A stretch of 64,000 bases of DNA from a bacterium (lineage in GTDB: Bacteria; UBA8248). The number at the start of each line of letters is the position of its first letter. Position 1 is the first letter of the stretch. Below are positions 48,309 through 58,042 of this stretch, piece after piece. The notes beneath the pieces are model-generated. The model was given only the letters and a program-made list of their open reading frames with translations, did no database searches and was not told the DNA's origin. The stretch spans positions 64,001 through 128,000 of the forward strand of contig CBDBZY010000003.1 of the NCBI GenBank assembly GCA_965213685.1. Direction: 5' to 3'. Both the position numbers and the translations under genes were made by a program.

Positions 48309-49097
48309 ATGTCGTTTCCCCTCTTCCAGGTGGATGCGTTCACCGACACTCCTTTTTCGGGCAATCCGGCCGCCGTCTGTCTCTTGCCGTCGCCAGTGGA
48401 CGCGCGATGGATGCAGCGCGTGGCGGGGGAGATGAACCTCTCCGAAACCGCGTTTGTGGCGAAAGGGGACGACGGCTACTCCCTGCGCTGGTTCACGCCC
48501 GTGAGCGAGGTGGACCTGTGCGGCCACGCGACGCTCGCGAGTGCCCACGTTCTTTGGGAGGAGGGGCGTCTCGGCCCGGATGAGACGGCCATATTCCACA
48601 CCAAAAGCGGGGTTTTGACCTGTGAGCGCAAAGAGGAATGGATAGAGATGAACTTTCCGGCCCTGCCGGATTCCCCCGCGCCGCCGCCCGAAGCCCTGGC
48701 CGAGAGTCTCGGATTCACGCCCCGCTACGCGGGGAAGAATGAATGCGACTATCTGCTGGAGGCCGACTCCGAGGCGACGCTCCGGGGCTTGACGCCCGAT
48801 TTTCGCCTGCTCGGCACGGTTCCCGTGCGGGGCTGCATGGTTACGGCGCGGGCGGATGCTCCGGCATACGATTTCGTCTCCCGTTTCTTCGCACCGGCAT
48901 ACGGGGTCGACGAGGACCCGGTGACCGGCTCCGCCCACTGTTGCCTGGGGCCATTCTGGGCGAGGCGCCTCCGGAAGGAAGAACTCACCGGCTATCAGGC
49001 GTCCGCGCGGGGCGGCGTGGTGCGCGTCCGGATTCTGGGCGCCCGGGTCGTCCTGGGCGGCAAGGCCGTGACCGTCATGCGGGGGGATTTGCTCTAG
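48309..49097 (+). CDS. PhzF family isomerase/epimerase
   Basis: QVDAFT..PFSGNPAAV, EMNLSETAF, EVDLCGHATLA, EDPVTGSAHC. Confidence 0.93.
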   Translation: MSFPLFQVDAFTDTPFSGNPAAVCLLPSPVDARWMQRVAGEMNLSETAFVAKGDDGYSLRWFTPVSEVDLCGHATLASAHVLWEEGRLGPDETAIFHTKSGVLTCERKEEWIEMNFPALPDSPAPPPEALAESLGFTPRYAGKNECDYLLEADSEATLRGLTPDFRLLGTVPVRGCMVTARADAPAYDFVSRFFAPAYGVDEDPVTGSAHCCLGPFWARRLRKEELTGYQASARGGVVRVRILGARVVLGGKAVTVMRGDLL

Positions 49098-49302
49098 AGA
49101 CGCCGGGGGGCGTTCGGGCACATCCCGCTTCCGCTCCCTTGCCCGGCCCGATCCGCTCGGGTTCGGGAAAGGAGAAAACGGCTGGTTGACGCCGCGCAAG
49201 ACCGGAGGCGGCAGCCCTCTTGCGCCCCGGAGGCACAGCGGCTATAACGGGCGCCTTCAATCGCAGGATTCGGCGTTCTCTCGAACCGAAGGAGATGACG
49301 AG

Positions 49303-50502
49303 ATGGTTGCCGCTTTTGACGCCGGGGCCGCCGGCGCGGCGCGCCTCGAGGAGATTCCCTTCTCGGGCATTCGCAAGGTCTTCGACGCCGTGGCGAAGCT
49401 GGAGGACGCGGGGCGCGACGTCATCCACTGGCAAATCGGCCGCACGGATTTTGATACGCCCGGGCACATCAAGCAGGGCGCCGCCGAGTCCCTCGCCCGA
49501 GGCGACGTGCACTACGCTCCGAGCACGGGGGTTCCCGCCCTGCGCAAGGGCATCGCCTACAGAACGGAAATCGACACCGGAGTGGAGGTGAACCCGGATA
49601 CGCAGGTGATCGTGATGGCGGGGGCGAACGAGGGGATCATGGTTTCCATGCTGGCGCTCGTCGACCCCGGCGACGAGGTGATCATCGCGCAGCCGAACTG
49701 GCATCATTACAAGTCCTGCACGGCGTTGGCGGGCGGCGTGGCCATCGAGGTGGAGACGAAGGAGGAGAACGATTTCGCGTTGCGCGCCGAGGACATCGAG
49801 GCGGTTCTGACGCCTAGGACAAAACTCGTTTGCCTCACCTCGCCCGGCAACCCCACGGGTTGCACGATTCCCGGGGAGGAGCTCCGGAGGATCGCCGAGC
49901 TGGCCGTGCGGCGCAATCTCCTGGTGCTGAGCGACGAGATATACGCGCGCATATACTATGGCGACGCGCCGTGTGCCCCGAGCATTTTTTCACAGCCCGG
50001 CATGGCGGAGCGCACGGTGATCATCAACGGGTTTTCCAAGTTCTACAGCATGGATGGCTGGCGCCTCGGCTGGACGGTGGCGAGCCCCGAGGTGACCCGC
50101 CATCTGCTCAAGATTCGCCAGTACACGACCGTGTGCGTCAACACGTTCATCCAGCATGGCGCGGCGCGCGGCGCCCTGGAGGATCAGGCGCCGATGGAGG
50201 CGATGACGCGGGAGTTTGCCAAGCGCCGCCGCGTGATAGCCGACGGACTGCGCGCCATAGAGGGCGTCACCCTGGCGGAGCCCACGGGGGCGTTTTACGC
50301 CTTCCCGAACGTGCGGGCCTTCGGGGAAACCTCGGGCGATGTGGCGGACTATCTGCTGCAGGAGCACGCCATCGCGACGGTGAACGGCGCCGTTTTTGGC
50401 GGCGAGGGGTATCTCCGAATCGCGTATTCCTGCGCGACGGAAGAATGCGAGCGCGGCGTGGAGCGTCTGGCCGGCGCACTGGAGCAGCTGCGCCGGGGCT
50501 AG
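49303..50502 (+). CDS. Class I/II PLP-dependent aminotransferase (AspC-like)
   Basis: SPGNPTG, SDEIY, NGFSKFYSMDGWRLG, GAFYAFP, YLRIAY. Confidence 0.92.
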   Translation: MVAAFDAGAAGAARLEEIPFSGIRKVFDAVAKLEDAGRDVIHWQIGRTDFDTPGHIKQGAAESLARGDVHYAPSTGVPALRKGIAYRTEIDTGVEVNPDTQVIVMAGANEGIMVSMLALVDPGDEVIIAQPNWHHYKSCTALAGGVAIEVETKEENDFALRAEDIEAVLTPRTKLVCLTSPGNPTGCTIPGEELRRIAELAVRRNLLVLSDEIYARIYYGDAPCAPSIFSQPGMAERTVIINGFSKFYSMDGWRLGWTVASPEVTRHLLKIRQYTTVCVNTFIQHGAARGALEDQAPMEAMTREFAKRRRVIADGLRAIEGVTLAEPTGAFYAFPNVRAFGETSGDVADYLLQEHAIATVNGAVFGGEGYLRIAYSCATEECERGVERLAGALEQLRRG

Positions 50503-50519
50503 TAGGGAGAAAAGGCTAG

Positions 50520-51540
50520 ATTCCGGAGTCGCCCCTTATCCCGCCCTGCGCAGAGAAGCCGCCCGAGCCGCGCGGCTATTTCCGCAAAGCCTGGCAGATG
50601 GCGGTTCGCACGGCGCGCCTCGCGCGTCTGCTGCACCGCGAGCGGCCCGACCGGGTGCTCTCTTTTTCGGAGGCCGCGAACTTCTGCGCCATTCTCGCCG
50701 TCGCCCTGGCGGGTCGCCTGGGCTGCCTGTCCGTCAGCGTGCGGGCGAACGTTGCGGCCCAGCTGCCCCTCTACCAACGCCTGATTCCCCTGTTCTACCG
50801 GTTTCCGGGCCGCGTCATCGCCCTCTCCGAAGGGGTGAAGCGGGGGCCTGGAAGCCCTGGGGCTTCCGGGCGAGAAAATATCGGTCATCCACAATCCGGT
50901 CGACTTCTAGGAAGCGCGGGACGCCGGGCCCGGGCCGGCGTCTCCCCTGCGCGGTGCTTACGTCCTGGGGGCGGGCCGGCTGGACCCGCTGAAAGGTTTC
51001 GATCGGCTGCTGCGGGCGTTCCGGCTCCTCGACCGGCCGGACTTGCGGCTGGCTATCGTCGGCGAGGGACCGGAGCGGGAGAGCCTGCTCCGCCTGGCGG
51101 GCGAACTCGGGGTGGAGGACAGGGTGCATCTGCCCGGGCGCGCCGTCGATATGACGCCCTGGTATCGGCACGCGGAGTGCTTCGTGCTGAGCTCGCGCCA
51201 TGAGGGCTGGGCGAACGTGCTGGTCGAAGCCATGGCGAACGGGTGTCCGGTCGTCAGCTTCGACTGCGACTATAGCCCCTCGGAGATTATCGAAGAGGAG
51301 AAGACAGGGCTGCTCGTGCCGGAAGGGGACGTCGAAGGCCTGGCGTCGGCGATTGCCCGCCTCCTGGACGAGGAGGCCCTGCGGCAAACCCTGGCGGCGG
51401 CGGGACGCGAACGGGTGCGGCCTTTCGCCATCGAGAAAATCGCCCCCCCTCTGGCTGTGAGGTGCGAACGAAGGCGACTCCCGCCGGACGGGTGCGCCTG
51501 GGTGCGGGCAGCGGTTCCGGGTTCGGGGAGTCTCAGGCTC
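50520..51540 (+). pseudogene. Disrupted GT4 glycosyltransferase
   Basis: Fragments ERPDRVLSF, VIALSEGV, VIHNPVD, GAGRLDPLKGFD.L, SSRHEGWANVLVEAMA.G.PVV spread over frames; in-frame TAG near 50908; N-terminus missing. Confidence 0.72.
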
Positions 51541-51883
51541 TCCCGTAGTCATCCTCGCGCCGCTCGATGTCGTCCTCCCCGAAGTAGGCACCGGTTTGCA
51601 CCTCGATGAAAACGAAGGGCGCGTCCCCTTCGTTCTGTATCCGGTGCCACGCGTTCGGGGGAATGTCCACGCTCCCGCCGGAGAGGAGGGGCAGCTCCTC
51701 CTCCTCCCGGATGACGACCGCCTGGCCGGATATGGCGTGCCAGTGCTCCGCGCGGCGCATGTGCCGCTGGAGGCTGAGGCGGTGTCCCGGATGAATGACC
51801 ACCCGCTTGACCTTGTGGTCCGGCGCCTCGGCGAGGACGGTGTAGTATCCCCACGGCTGATGCGCCGTCTTACCGGCGGACAT
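51533..51883 (-). CDS. Phosphomannose isomerase type II C-terminal cupin domain protein
   Basis: PWG.Y, KVKR..I.PG.RLSLQRH..RAEHW, IEVQTG.YFGEDDIER.EDDYGR. Confidence 0.92.
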   Translation of the reverse strand: MSAGKTAHQPWGYYTVLAEAPDHKVKRVVIHPGHRLSLQRHMRRAEHWHAISGQAVVIREEEELPLLSGGSVDIPPNAWHRIQNEGDAPFVFIEVQTGAYFGEDDIERREDDYGRA

Positions 51884-51961
51884 CCGGCGCCTCGGGGGGA
51901 AAGCCGTCGCGCCGCGAGAGAGGACGCCGCCGCCCGGGCGGCGTTGCGTCGCGCCAGTCCG

Positions 51962-52159
51962 CTAGTGGCACGGGAGGGCGAATGCGTGGCGGACGTCGTG
52001 GGCGGTGTCGTGCAGAAGCTGCGGCTGCGCGAAGCCCACGCCGTAGAGGATGATTGCGCCGAGGGCGAACGCCCATATGGCCGGCTTGACGGCCTCCATG
52101 CGCCGGATGAGTCCGCCGGACAGAACCTGTTGATGCGTTGCGCTCTCGTGCAAGGCCAT
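51962..52159 (-). CDS. cbtB: CbtB-like small cobalt transporter subunit
   Basis: One TM helix, then GFAQ...LHDTAHDVRHAFALPCH. Confidence 0.85.
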   Translation of the reverse strand: MALHESATHQQVLSGGLIRRMEAVKPAIWAFALGAIILYGVGFAQPQLLHDTAHDVRHAFALPCH

Positions 52160-52292
52160 TGCCTCACCCCCTCCCATGTTTCGTTTTCGTCCCCCCCGTC
52201 TGAGGGGGAAGATGCTACCATATTTTCCGGCGGAAAGGCACCGCCTCCTCCCGCCGCGGCCCGCCGGGCTCTCTTTGGCGGGCGCGTCCGGC

Positions 52293-53069
52293 CTAATCCT
52301 CCACGATGGCCACCGCCCGGCACCATGCGCCGCTCGCGCGCTCTATCTTGACGGGCAGCATGGAGACGGTGAAGCCGAACTCGGGAATTTTGTCGAGATT
52401 CGCGAGTTTCTCCGCGTGGATGTACTCTTTCCTGCGGCCTAGGTAATGGCTGCCGAAAAAATCTTTCGCGTTCCCCCGGCGCCTGAGCTCCGCCATCCTG
52501 GAGACGGGGATGTCAAAGCCCCAGGCGTCTATCCCCATCACCTTGATGCCCTGGTCCACGAGCCATTCCGTGGCGTCCACGCTCATGCCGGGGTGGGTTT
52601 GCTCGAAATCGGGGGAATACAGATATTTCGTGGTGTGGTCGGTGCGAATGAGGACGATGTCCATGGGCTTGAGGGAATAGCCCTTCTCCTCGAGGGCCGC
52701 CACCTTCCGCCGCGTCTCCTCCGCCGTGATGTTGTGCCCGCGCTCGGCGTCGTGAAAATCCAGGACGACCCCGTCGCCCACGCACCATTCCAGGGGAACG
52801 CGGTCGATGGTCCTGGAGGGTTTCCCCTCGCATTCGGGGCCATAGTGATAGGGGGAGTCGAGGTGCGTGCCGCTGTGCGTGCTGATGGCGCTGATGTTTT
52901 CCGTCGCGCAGTGCATGTTGTCCGGGAAATAGCTGGTGTCCGGAAACTTGTATGACTTGGTTCGCGCGCGCGCCAGCTCGACGTGATCCACATACTGGAT
53001 GACGGCCGGGTTGTTCTCCATCGGCGCGTTCTGCAGGGGAATGCTCAAATCGACGACTCTGCGACCCAT
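52293..53069 (-). CDS. Cyclase family (kynurenine formamidase-like) metallohydrolase
   Basis: HSGTHLDSPYH, DIVLIRT, HPGMS, GID, EKLANL. Confidence 0.9.
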   Translation of the reverse strand: MGRRVVDLSIPLQNAPMENNPAVIQYVDHVELARARTKSYKFPDTSYFPDNMHCATENISAISTHSGTHLDSPYHYGPECEGKPSRTIDRVPLEWCVGDGVVLDFHDAERGHNITAEETRRKVAALEEKGYSLKPMDIVLIRTDHTTKYLYSPDFEQTHPGMSVDATEWLVDQGIKVMGIDAWGFDIPVSRMAELRRRGNAKDFFGSHYLGRRKEYIHAEKLANLDKIPEFGFTVSMLPVKIERASGAWCRAVAIVED

Positions 53070-53095
53070 GGAAACGGACTCCTCGCGAAATGGAT

Positions 53096-53572
53096 TCAGG
53101 CCTTGCCCGCCGGCCGGTGCCTGGCGGGTGGCGCTTCTGCGGACTTCAGCCCCGGCGGGGGTGCTGCTGCCTTCTCTCCGCGCTTGAGCAGGGGAAAGAC
53201 ATCGTTCGCGGCGATTCGGGCCGCTTGCAGCATGTAGGGCATGCCGCAGTAGGTGGCCATCTGAATGATGACTTCCATGATCTCCCGCTTCGTGGCCCCG
53301 CAGTTCCACGCGGCCTGGATGTGGGTGCGCAGCTGCGGATGCGCGTTGGCCATGACGCATGCGGCCACGGCGCACAGCTCGCGCGTCTTGTGGGACAGGA
53401 CGTTGCGGTCATACAGCCCGCCGTAGCAGAAGTTCATGAACAGCTCCATGAATTCCTTGTCCGCCCACTCGGCCATGTCGTGGCCGATGCGCTCGGTGAA
53501 TTCCCTGGTCCACAGGTGCGCGCCGCGCTTGAGCGCCCGGGCGGGAATTTCGGGTTTTTCTTTCGGGGGCAT
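53096..53572 (-). CDS. Carboxymuconolactone decarboxylase (AhpD-like) family protein
   Basis: YG.LY.R..L..KTREL..VA, QLRTHI..A...G.T..EI.E, YCGMP. Confidence 0.88.
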   Translation of the reverse strand: MPPKEKPEIPARALKRGAHLWTREFTERIGHDMAEWADKEFMELFMNFCYGGLYDRNVLSHKTRELCAVAACVMANAHPQLRTHIQAAWNCGATKREIMEVIIQMATYCGMPYMLQAARIAANDVFPLLKRGEKAAAPPPGLKSAEAPPARHRPAGKA

Positions 53573-53822
53573 CGTCTCTCCTTCAGGGTGTACTTGTCTC
53601 TCGGAAGGGACTTGCGCAAAGGGGATGCGGCCGGGTTTCCCAAACTGCTAACACGCCCCGGGCCAACTGTCAAACCCAAGGCCGGTGGGCGTTATTTAAC
53701 GTCTGGGTAACTCACCGAAACGACGCCGAAATGTTGACCTAATACAAGACGAAAGACGGAGGATGTGCTGGGGGTGCCATGCGGTTGTTCCAGGCAACTG
53801 GGAAAGAATGGGAGGGGGGAGT

Positions 53823-55216
53823 ATGAAAAAAAAAAGAACTCTGTATGACGGCGGCGCTGGTTTTTGTGGTGGGGGTTTTGTCTTTTGCGGCCAGCGGCTG
53901 GGCACAGGACGTCAAGGCCATGGCCAAGAACCTGGCGGATTTGAAGGTCGCGGCGGACACCGTCTGGGTGATGGTGGCCGGATTTTTGGTGTTCTGGATG
54001 CACGCGGGCTTTGCCATGCTCGAATCCGGGCTTTGCCGCGCGAAGAATACCGTCGCCATCCTCTACAAGAATTTTGGCGTTGTCGCCGTCTCCTCACTGG
54101 CGTTCTGGATGTTGGGCTTCGCCCTCATGTTCGGCGACGGCGGCCCCATCCTCGGGGCCAATGGTTTTTTGCTGTCGGGGGCGGACAACAGCCCGGCCAC
54201 GGACGACCTCTACAAGGGCGTTTTCTCCTCTCTAGGCTGGACGGGCGTGCCGCTATACGCGAAGTTTTTCTTTCAGCTCGTGTTCGCGGCGACGGCGGCG
54301 ACCATCGTCTCGGGGTGCGTGGCCGAGCGCATCAAGTTCTCCTCGTTCATGCTCTTCAGTTTTGTGCTCGTCGCCGTCATCTACCCCATCGGGGGCCATT
54401 GGATTTGGGGCGGCGGCTGGCTGGGCGGAATGGGCTTTCTCGACTTCGCCGGCTCGACCGTGGTCCACTCCGTGGGCGGCTGGGCGGGACTCGCCGGAAT
54501 CATCGTCCTCGGCCCCCGTCTCGGGAAATATGCACCTGACGGCCGGATGCAGCCGATGCCCGGCCACAACATGCCGCTCGTCACGCTGGGCGGGTTTGTC
54601 CTGTGGCTCGGATGGTTCGGCTTCAACCCGGGCAGCACGATGGCCGCCGACGCGGGGGCCATCGCGCGCATCGCCGTGACGACAAACCTCGCCGCCTCGG
54701 CGGGCGTCGTGGCTTCGAGCGTCACCTCGCGGGCGATGTTCGGCAAGGCGGACCTTTCCATGAGCGTGAACGGCGCGCTCGCCGGGCTGGTGGCCATCAC
54801 CGCCCCGTGCGCCAACGTCACCCCCGATGGGGGCGGTGCTCATCGGTCTGGCCGCGGGCGTCATCGTCTGCCTCTCGGTTCCGTTCCTCGACAAGATCAG
54901 GATAGACGATCCCGTTGGCGCCGTTTCGGTTCACCTGGTGTGCGGCGTCTTCGGCACGCTCGCACTCGGCTTGTTCGCCGCGCCATCCATCGACGAAGGC
55001 GTCGTCGGCCTGTTCTACGGCGGGGGCGCAGGCCTTCTCATCAAGCAGCTCACGGGCGTCGTAGCGGTCGGCGCGTTCGCCTTCGTCTCCTCCCTCATCC
55101 TTTGGCATGGCGTGCGGACCGTCATCGGCGTGCGCGTTTCCGCCGAGGAGGAATCGACCGGTCTCGACCTCTCGGAGCACGGGATGGAGGCCTACGCGGG
55201 GCAGAAGCTCGTGTAG
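53823..55216 (+). CDS. amtB: Ammonium transporter (apparent +1 insertions in A10 at 53826-53835 and C5 at 54821-54825)
   Basis: GFAMLESG..R.KN, FQLVFAA, DFAGSTVVH, WFGFNPGS, GLVAIT, IDDPVGAVSVH, GLDLSEHG. Confidence 0.95.
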
Positions 55217-55311
55217 CGCGGGGGATCGGGATCGGGAGAACGGGGGGCGCGTCGCGCGGATAGTAGATAGTAGCGGGTGGGATCGCCCGCCATTTCAGAG
55301 AGGAATGAACA

Positions 55312-55650
55312 ATGCGTTTGATCACGGCGATCATCAAGCCATTCAAGCTGGAAAGTGTGAAGGAGGCGCTGGGGGATGTCAGCGTGACGGGCATGACGGT
55401 GAGCGAGGTGAAGGGATTTGGCCGCCAGAAGGGCCACACCGAGCTGTATCGCGGCAGTGAGTACGTGGTCGATTTCTTGCCGAAAATCAAGGTGGAAATC
55501 CTCACGGAGGAAGCAAAGGTCGAAGCCATCGTCACGGCGGTGTGCAAGGCGGCGAACTCGGGCCAGATAGGAGACGGCAAGATATTCGTCCAGGAGTTGG
55601 AGGATTGCGTACGCATACGCACCGGGGAGAGGGGCGTTGACGCGATCTGA
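55312..55650 (+). CDS. glnK: Nitrogen regulatory protein P-II
   Basis: IIKPFKL, GFGRQKGHTELYRGSEY, GDGKIF, RIRTGE; linked to amtB. Confidence 0.95.
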   Translation: MRLITAIIKPFKLESVKEALGDVSVTGMTVSEVKGFGRQKGHTELYRGSEYVVDFLPKIKVEILTEEAKVEAIVTAVCKAANSGQIGDGKIFVQELEDCVRIRTGERGVDAI

Positions 55651-55720
55651 GCGACCGTCCCGCGCGGCGGGTCGGGGTTTGTCGCTTGCGGATGCAAGAA
55701 ATAACTAGGGTTTCCGCATG

Positions 55721-55756
55721 AAAAACCGGCCCTGCTTCAGGGGGCCGGTTTTTTTT
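55721..55756 (+). terminator. Rho-independent (possibly bidirectional) terminator after glnK
   Basis: AAAAACCGGCCC...GGGCCGGTTTTTTTT. Confidence 0.88.
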
Positions 55757-55965
55757 GCGCGCGCGTTCCCGTAAGAGGAGCATGATTCGAGGCGGCGAGG
55801 CCCTGGGGCGAATGCGCGTCAATCCGTGCCCGTCTCGGGCAAAATCCATGGACGCCCGGGATGCGGCGCGAGGTTCCGCGGGAGGTGCGCGGCGGGATTG
55901 CCTTTTCCCTGTCCTCCATGGGGGGCAGCCGGGATGATTGTTTCCATGCGGAGCGCCTCCTGAAA

Positions 55966-55981
55966 TTTAGACGTGTCTAAA
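55966..55981. promoter_or_regulatory. Palindromic operator, DtxR/MntR/SirR-like box
   Basis: TTTAGAC-GT-GTCTAAA with perfect 7-bp arms in an AT-rich patch, 18 bp upstream of a -35 box. Confidence 0.65.
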
Positions 55982-55999
55982 AATATATTGAAGAAGAGG

Positions 56000-56029
56000 T
56001 TGACTTTGTTTTTCATGCTCATCTAAAAT
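56000..56029 (+). promoter_or_regulatory. Putative sigma70 promoter of the cytochrome-PhnDCE operon
   Basis: TTGACT-N18-TAAAAT. Confidence 0.65.
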
Positions 56030-56071
56030 TTCCTGTCTGATGGGGCGTACAGGAGATGGAGCAATGGAAAC

Positions 56072-58042
56072 ATGAGACGGGGCGGCGACAAAAAACATCA
56101 TCCACGGGCGGGCGTTCGCCCCGTCGGGAGCAACCTTCCGGCGAGGCTGGTGCGCATCCTCGCCGCCGGCCTGCTCGCGACGGGTCTCGGCACGGCGTCG
56201 GCCCACGTCGTCCCTCCCGAGGAGTTGCACCCGGTTGCGGAAAGCTACCGCCGCGCCCATTTCATCCTGAACCTGAACCCGGTGCACTGGCCGCAGGTCT
56301 GGTCCGACATGGAGCGCGTCGGGCGCGCCCTCCGGGACGTGAATCCTCCCGCCGCCGGGCGGTTCTCCAGGGAGCTGGCCGCCGCGCGGCGCGCGGCCCA
56401 GCCCCGGCCGGGGAGGGATGGGGCACCGGACGCCGTCGCCGCGCGCGAGAGGGGCAGGCGCCTGGCGTTTTCCCTGGCGACCAGGGGCGTCTCCGCGCTG
56501 CTCGTCTCCCGCCTCGACCTGATCCGGCAAGGCGCCGTGCGCACCGGGGTGAAGCGGCACCTGAACGAGGCGCGAAGAATCTTTCGCGCCTTTGAGGAGA
56601 CCTTGCCGCATCTGGACCCGAAGGCGTGGCGGGAGATGCAAATCCGCTGGCTGGAGGCGAGTTCCCGCCTCGGGGCGGCCGGCGTGATGGGGCTGGGCGC
56701 AAGGCCCATGGACCTGCAAGAAATTCGCGCCAGCGTCTCTTTCATCCGCCGGTATTTCCACTCGAATTTCTCGGACTTTCGGGCCGGGAGAGAGCGTCGC
56801 CTGCTCCCGCGGCCCAAGGCGAGCGCGACCTACCTCCAAACGGCGCGGGTGCCGCTACGCCTGCCGCCCGGCTCCAACGTCAACAAGCAACTGCCGCGTC
56901 CCAGGCAAATTCTCGGAATGGCCGAGCGCGGGGCGAACGAGGCGGAGACTTTTCTCATCGCCCTGGGCGACATGGCCTTCGACAGCCCCGAGATATTCGG
57001 CGAGCCGGCGCGCAGCCTGGGGATCAGCTGCAACACCTGCCACAACAAGGGGGTGACGAATCCCGCGTTGTTCATCCCGGGCCTCTCCGGGGAGAAGGGC
57101 GGCGTGGACGTGTCGAACAGTTTTTTCGCCGGCCACGCGAACAACGGCTTGCATGATCCGCTGGACACGCCCGACCTGAGGGGAATCCGCTTCACGGCCC
57201 CCTACGGGAGGAACGGGCGCTTCGGCTCGCTCCGGGAATTCGTGCGCAACGTCATCGTGAACGAGTTCAACGGGCCGGAGCCCGATCCGATGCTCATGGA
57301 CGGCATGATCGCCTACATGAACGAGTTTGAATTCCTGCCGAACCCGAAGCTGCAAAAAAGCGGCAGGCTCCACCCCGGGCGGGTCTCCCGGGCGGCGTTG
57401 CGGGGCGAGCGGATATTCCACCGGAAATTCCCCGGGATGATGGGCGGCATGAGCTGCGCGGACTGCCACATCCCCCACGCGAATTTTCTGGACCACAGGC
57501 GCCACGACATCGGCTCTGCGGGCACGGGGCGGCAGCCCTTCCGCGCGGGGGGGCTGGACACGCCCACCCTGCTCTCCTCGCGCTTCACGGCGCCCTATTT
57601 CCACGATGGCAGCCTGCCCACCCTGCGGGCGGTGAGCGAATGGTTCAACGCCTCCTTCGGGCTGGGGCTGGGAGGGGGGGAGGTCGACGACCTCACCGCC
57701 TACCTCGAAGCGGTGGGGGATGGCGTGCAGGGGATGGAGGATACGATCTACACGCTGGAGTCCGAGTTGGAGGAGTTCCGCTTTTTCCTCTCCACCTACG
57801 AGCGCCTGAAGCGGAGAGGGAAAGGGGCGCTGATCGCCATCTTGCTGAAGACCGTGGTGCGCGAGGTGCAGGCCCACAAGTGGGACGTGCGGGAGAAGGG
57901 GAACCTGCCGATTCTCGACGCGATGGAGAATGCGCTGCGAGAGGCCCTGAGCGCGCATCTGGCGGGGGATGCGCGGCGGACCGACGAGAAAATCGCCGCC
58001 TACCAAGGGCTGTATGAGAAAAACAGGGAGAAACTGAAATGA
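56072..58042 (+). CDS. Secreted di-heme cytochrome c (bCcP/MauG superfamily-like) with extra helical N- and C-terminal domains
   Basis: Signal peptide ending TASA-H; CNTCH and CADCH; duplicated DTP.L...FTAPY motifs. Confidence 0.83.
   Translation: MRRGGDKKHHPRAGVRPVGSNLPARLVRILAAGLLATGLGTASAHVVPPEELHPVAESYRRAHFILNLNPVHWPQVWSDMERVGRALRDVNPPAAGRFSRELAAARRAAQPRPGRDGAPDAVAARERGRRLAFSLATRGVSALLVSRLDLIRQGAVRTGVKRHLNEARRIFRAFEETLPHLDPKAWREMQIRWLEASSRLGAAGVMGLGARPMDLQEIRASVSFIRRYFHSNFSDFRAGRERRLLPRPKASATYLQTARVPLRLPPGSNVNKQLPRPRQILGMAERGANEAETFLIALGDMAFDSPEIFGEPARSLGISCNTCHNKGVTNPALFIPGLSGEKGGVDVSNSFFAGHANNGLHDPLDTPDLRGIRFTAPYGRNGRFGSLREFVRNVIVNEFNGPEPDPMLMDGMIAYMNEFEFLPNPKLQKSGRLHPGRVSRAALRGERIFHRKFPGMMGGMSCADCHIPHANFLDHRRHDIGSAGTGRQPFRAGGLDTPTLLSSRFTAPYFHDGSLPTLRAVSEWFNASFGLGLGGGEVDDLTAYLEAVGDGVQGMEDTIYTLESELEEFRFFLSTYERLKRRGKGALIAILLKTVVREVQAHKWDVREKGNLPILDAMENALREALSAHLAGDARRTDEKIAAYQGLYEKNREKLK

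Noticed and set aside
48309-49097. Phenazine biosynthesis cluster
   Set aside because: Only a lone PhzF-family gene is present, with no other phz genes.
53725-53805. Glutamine (glnA) riboswitch upstream of amtB
   Set aside because: Only the GTTGAC...GCAAC ends resemble it; the P2/P3 stems and the GGAAGUA junction are not evident.
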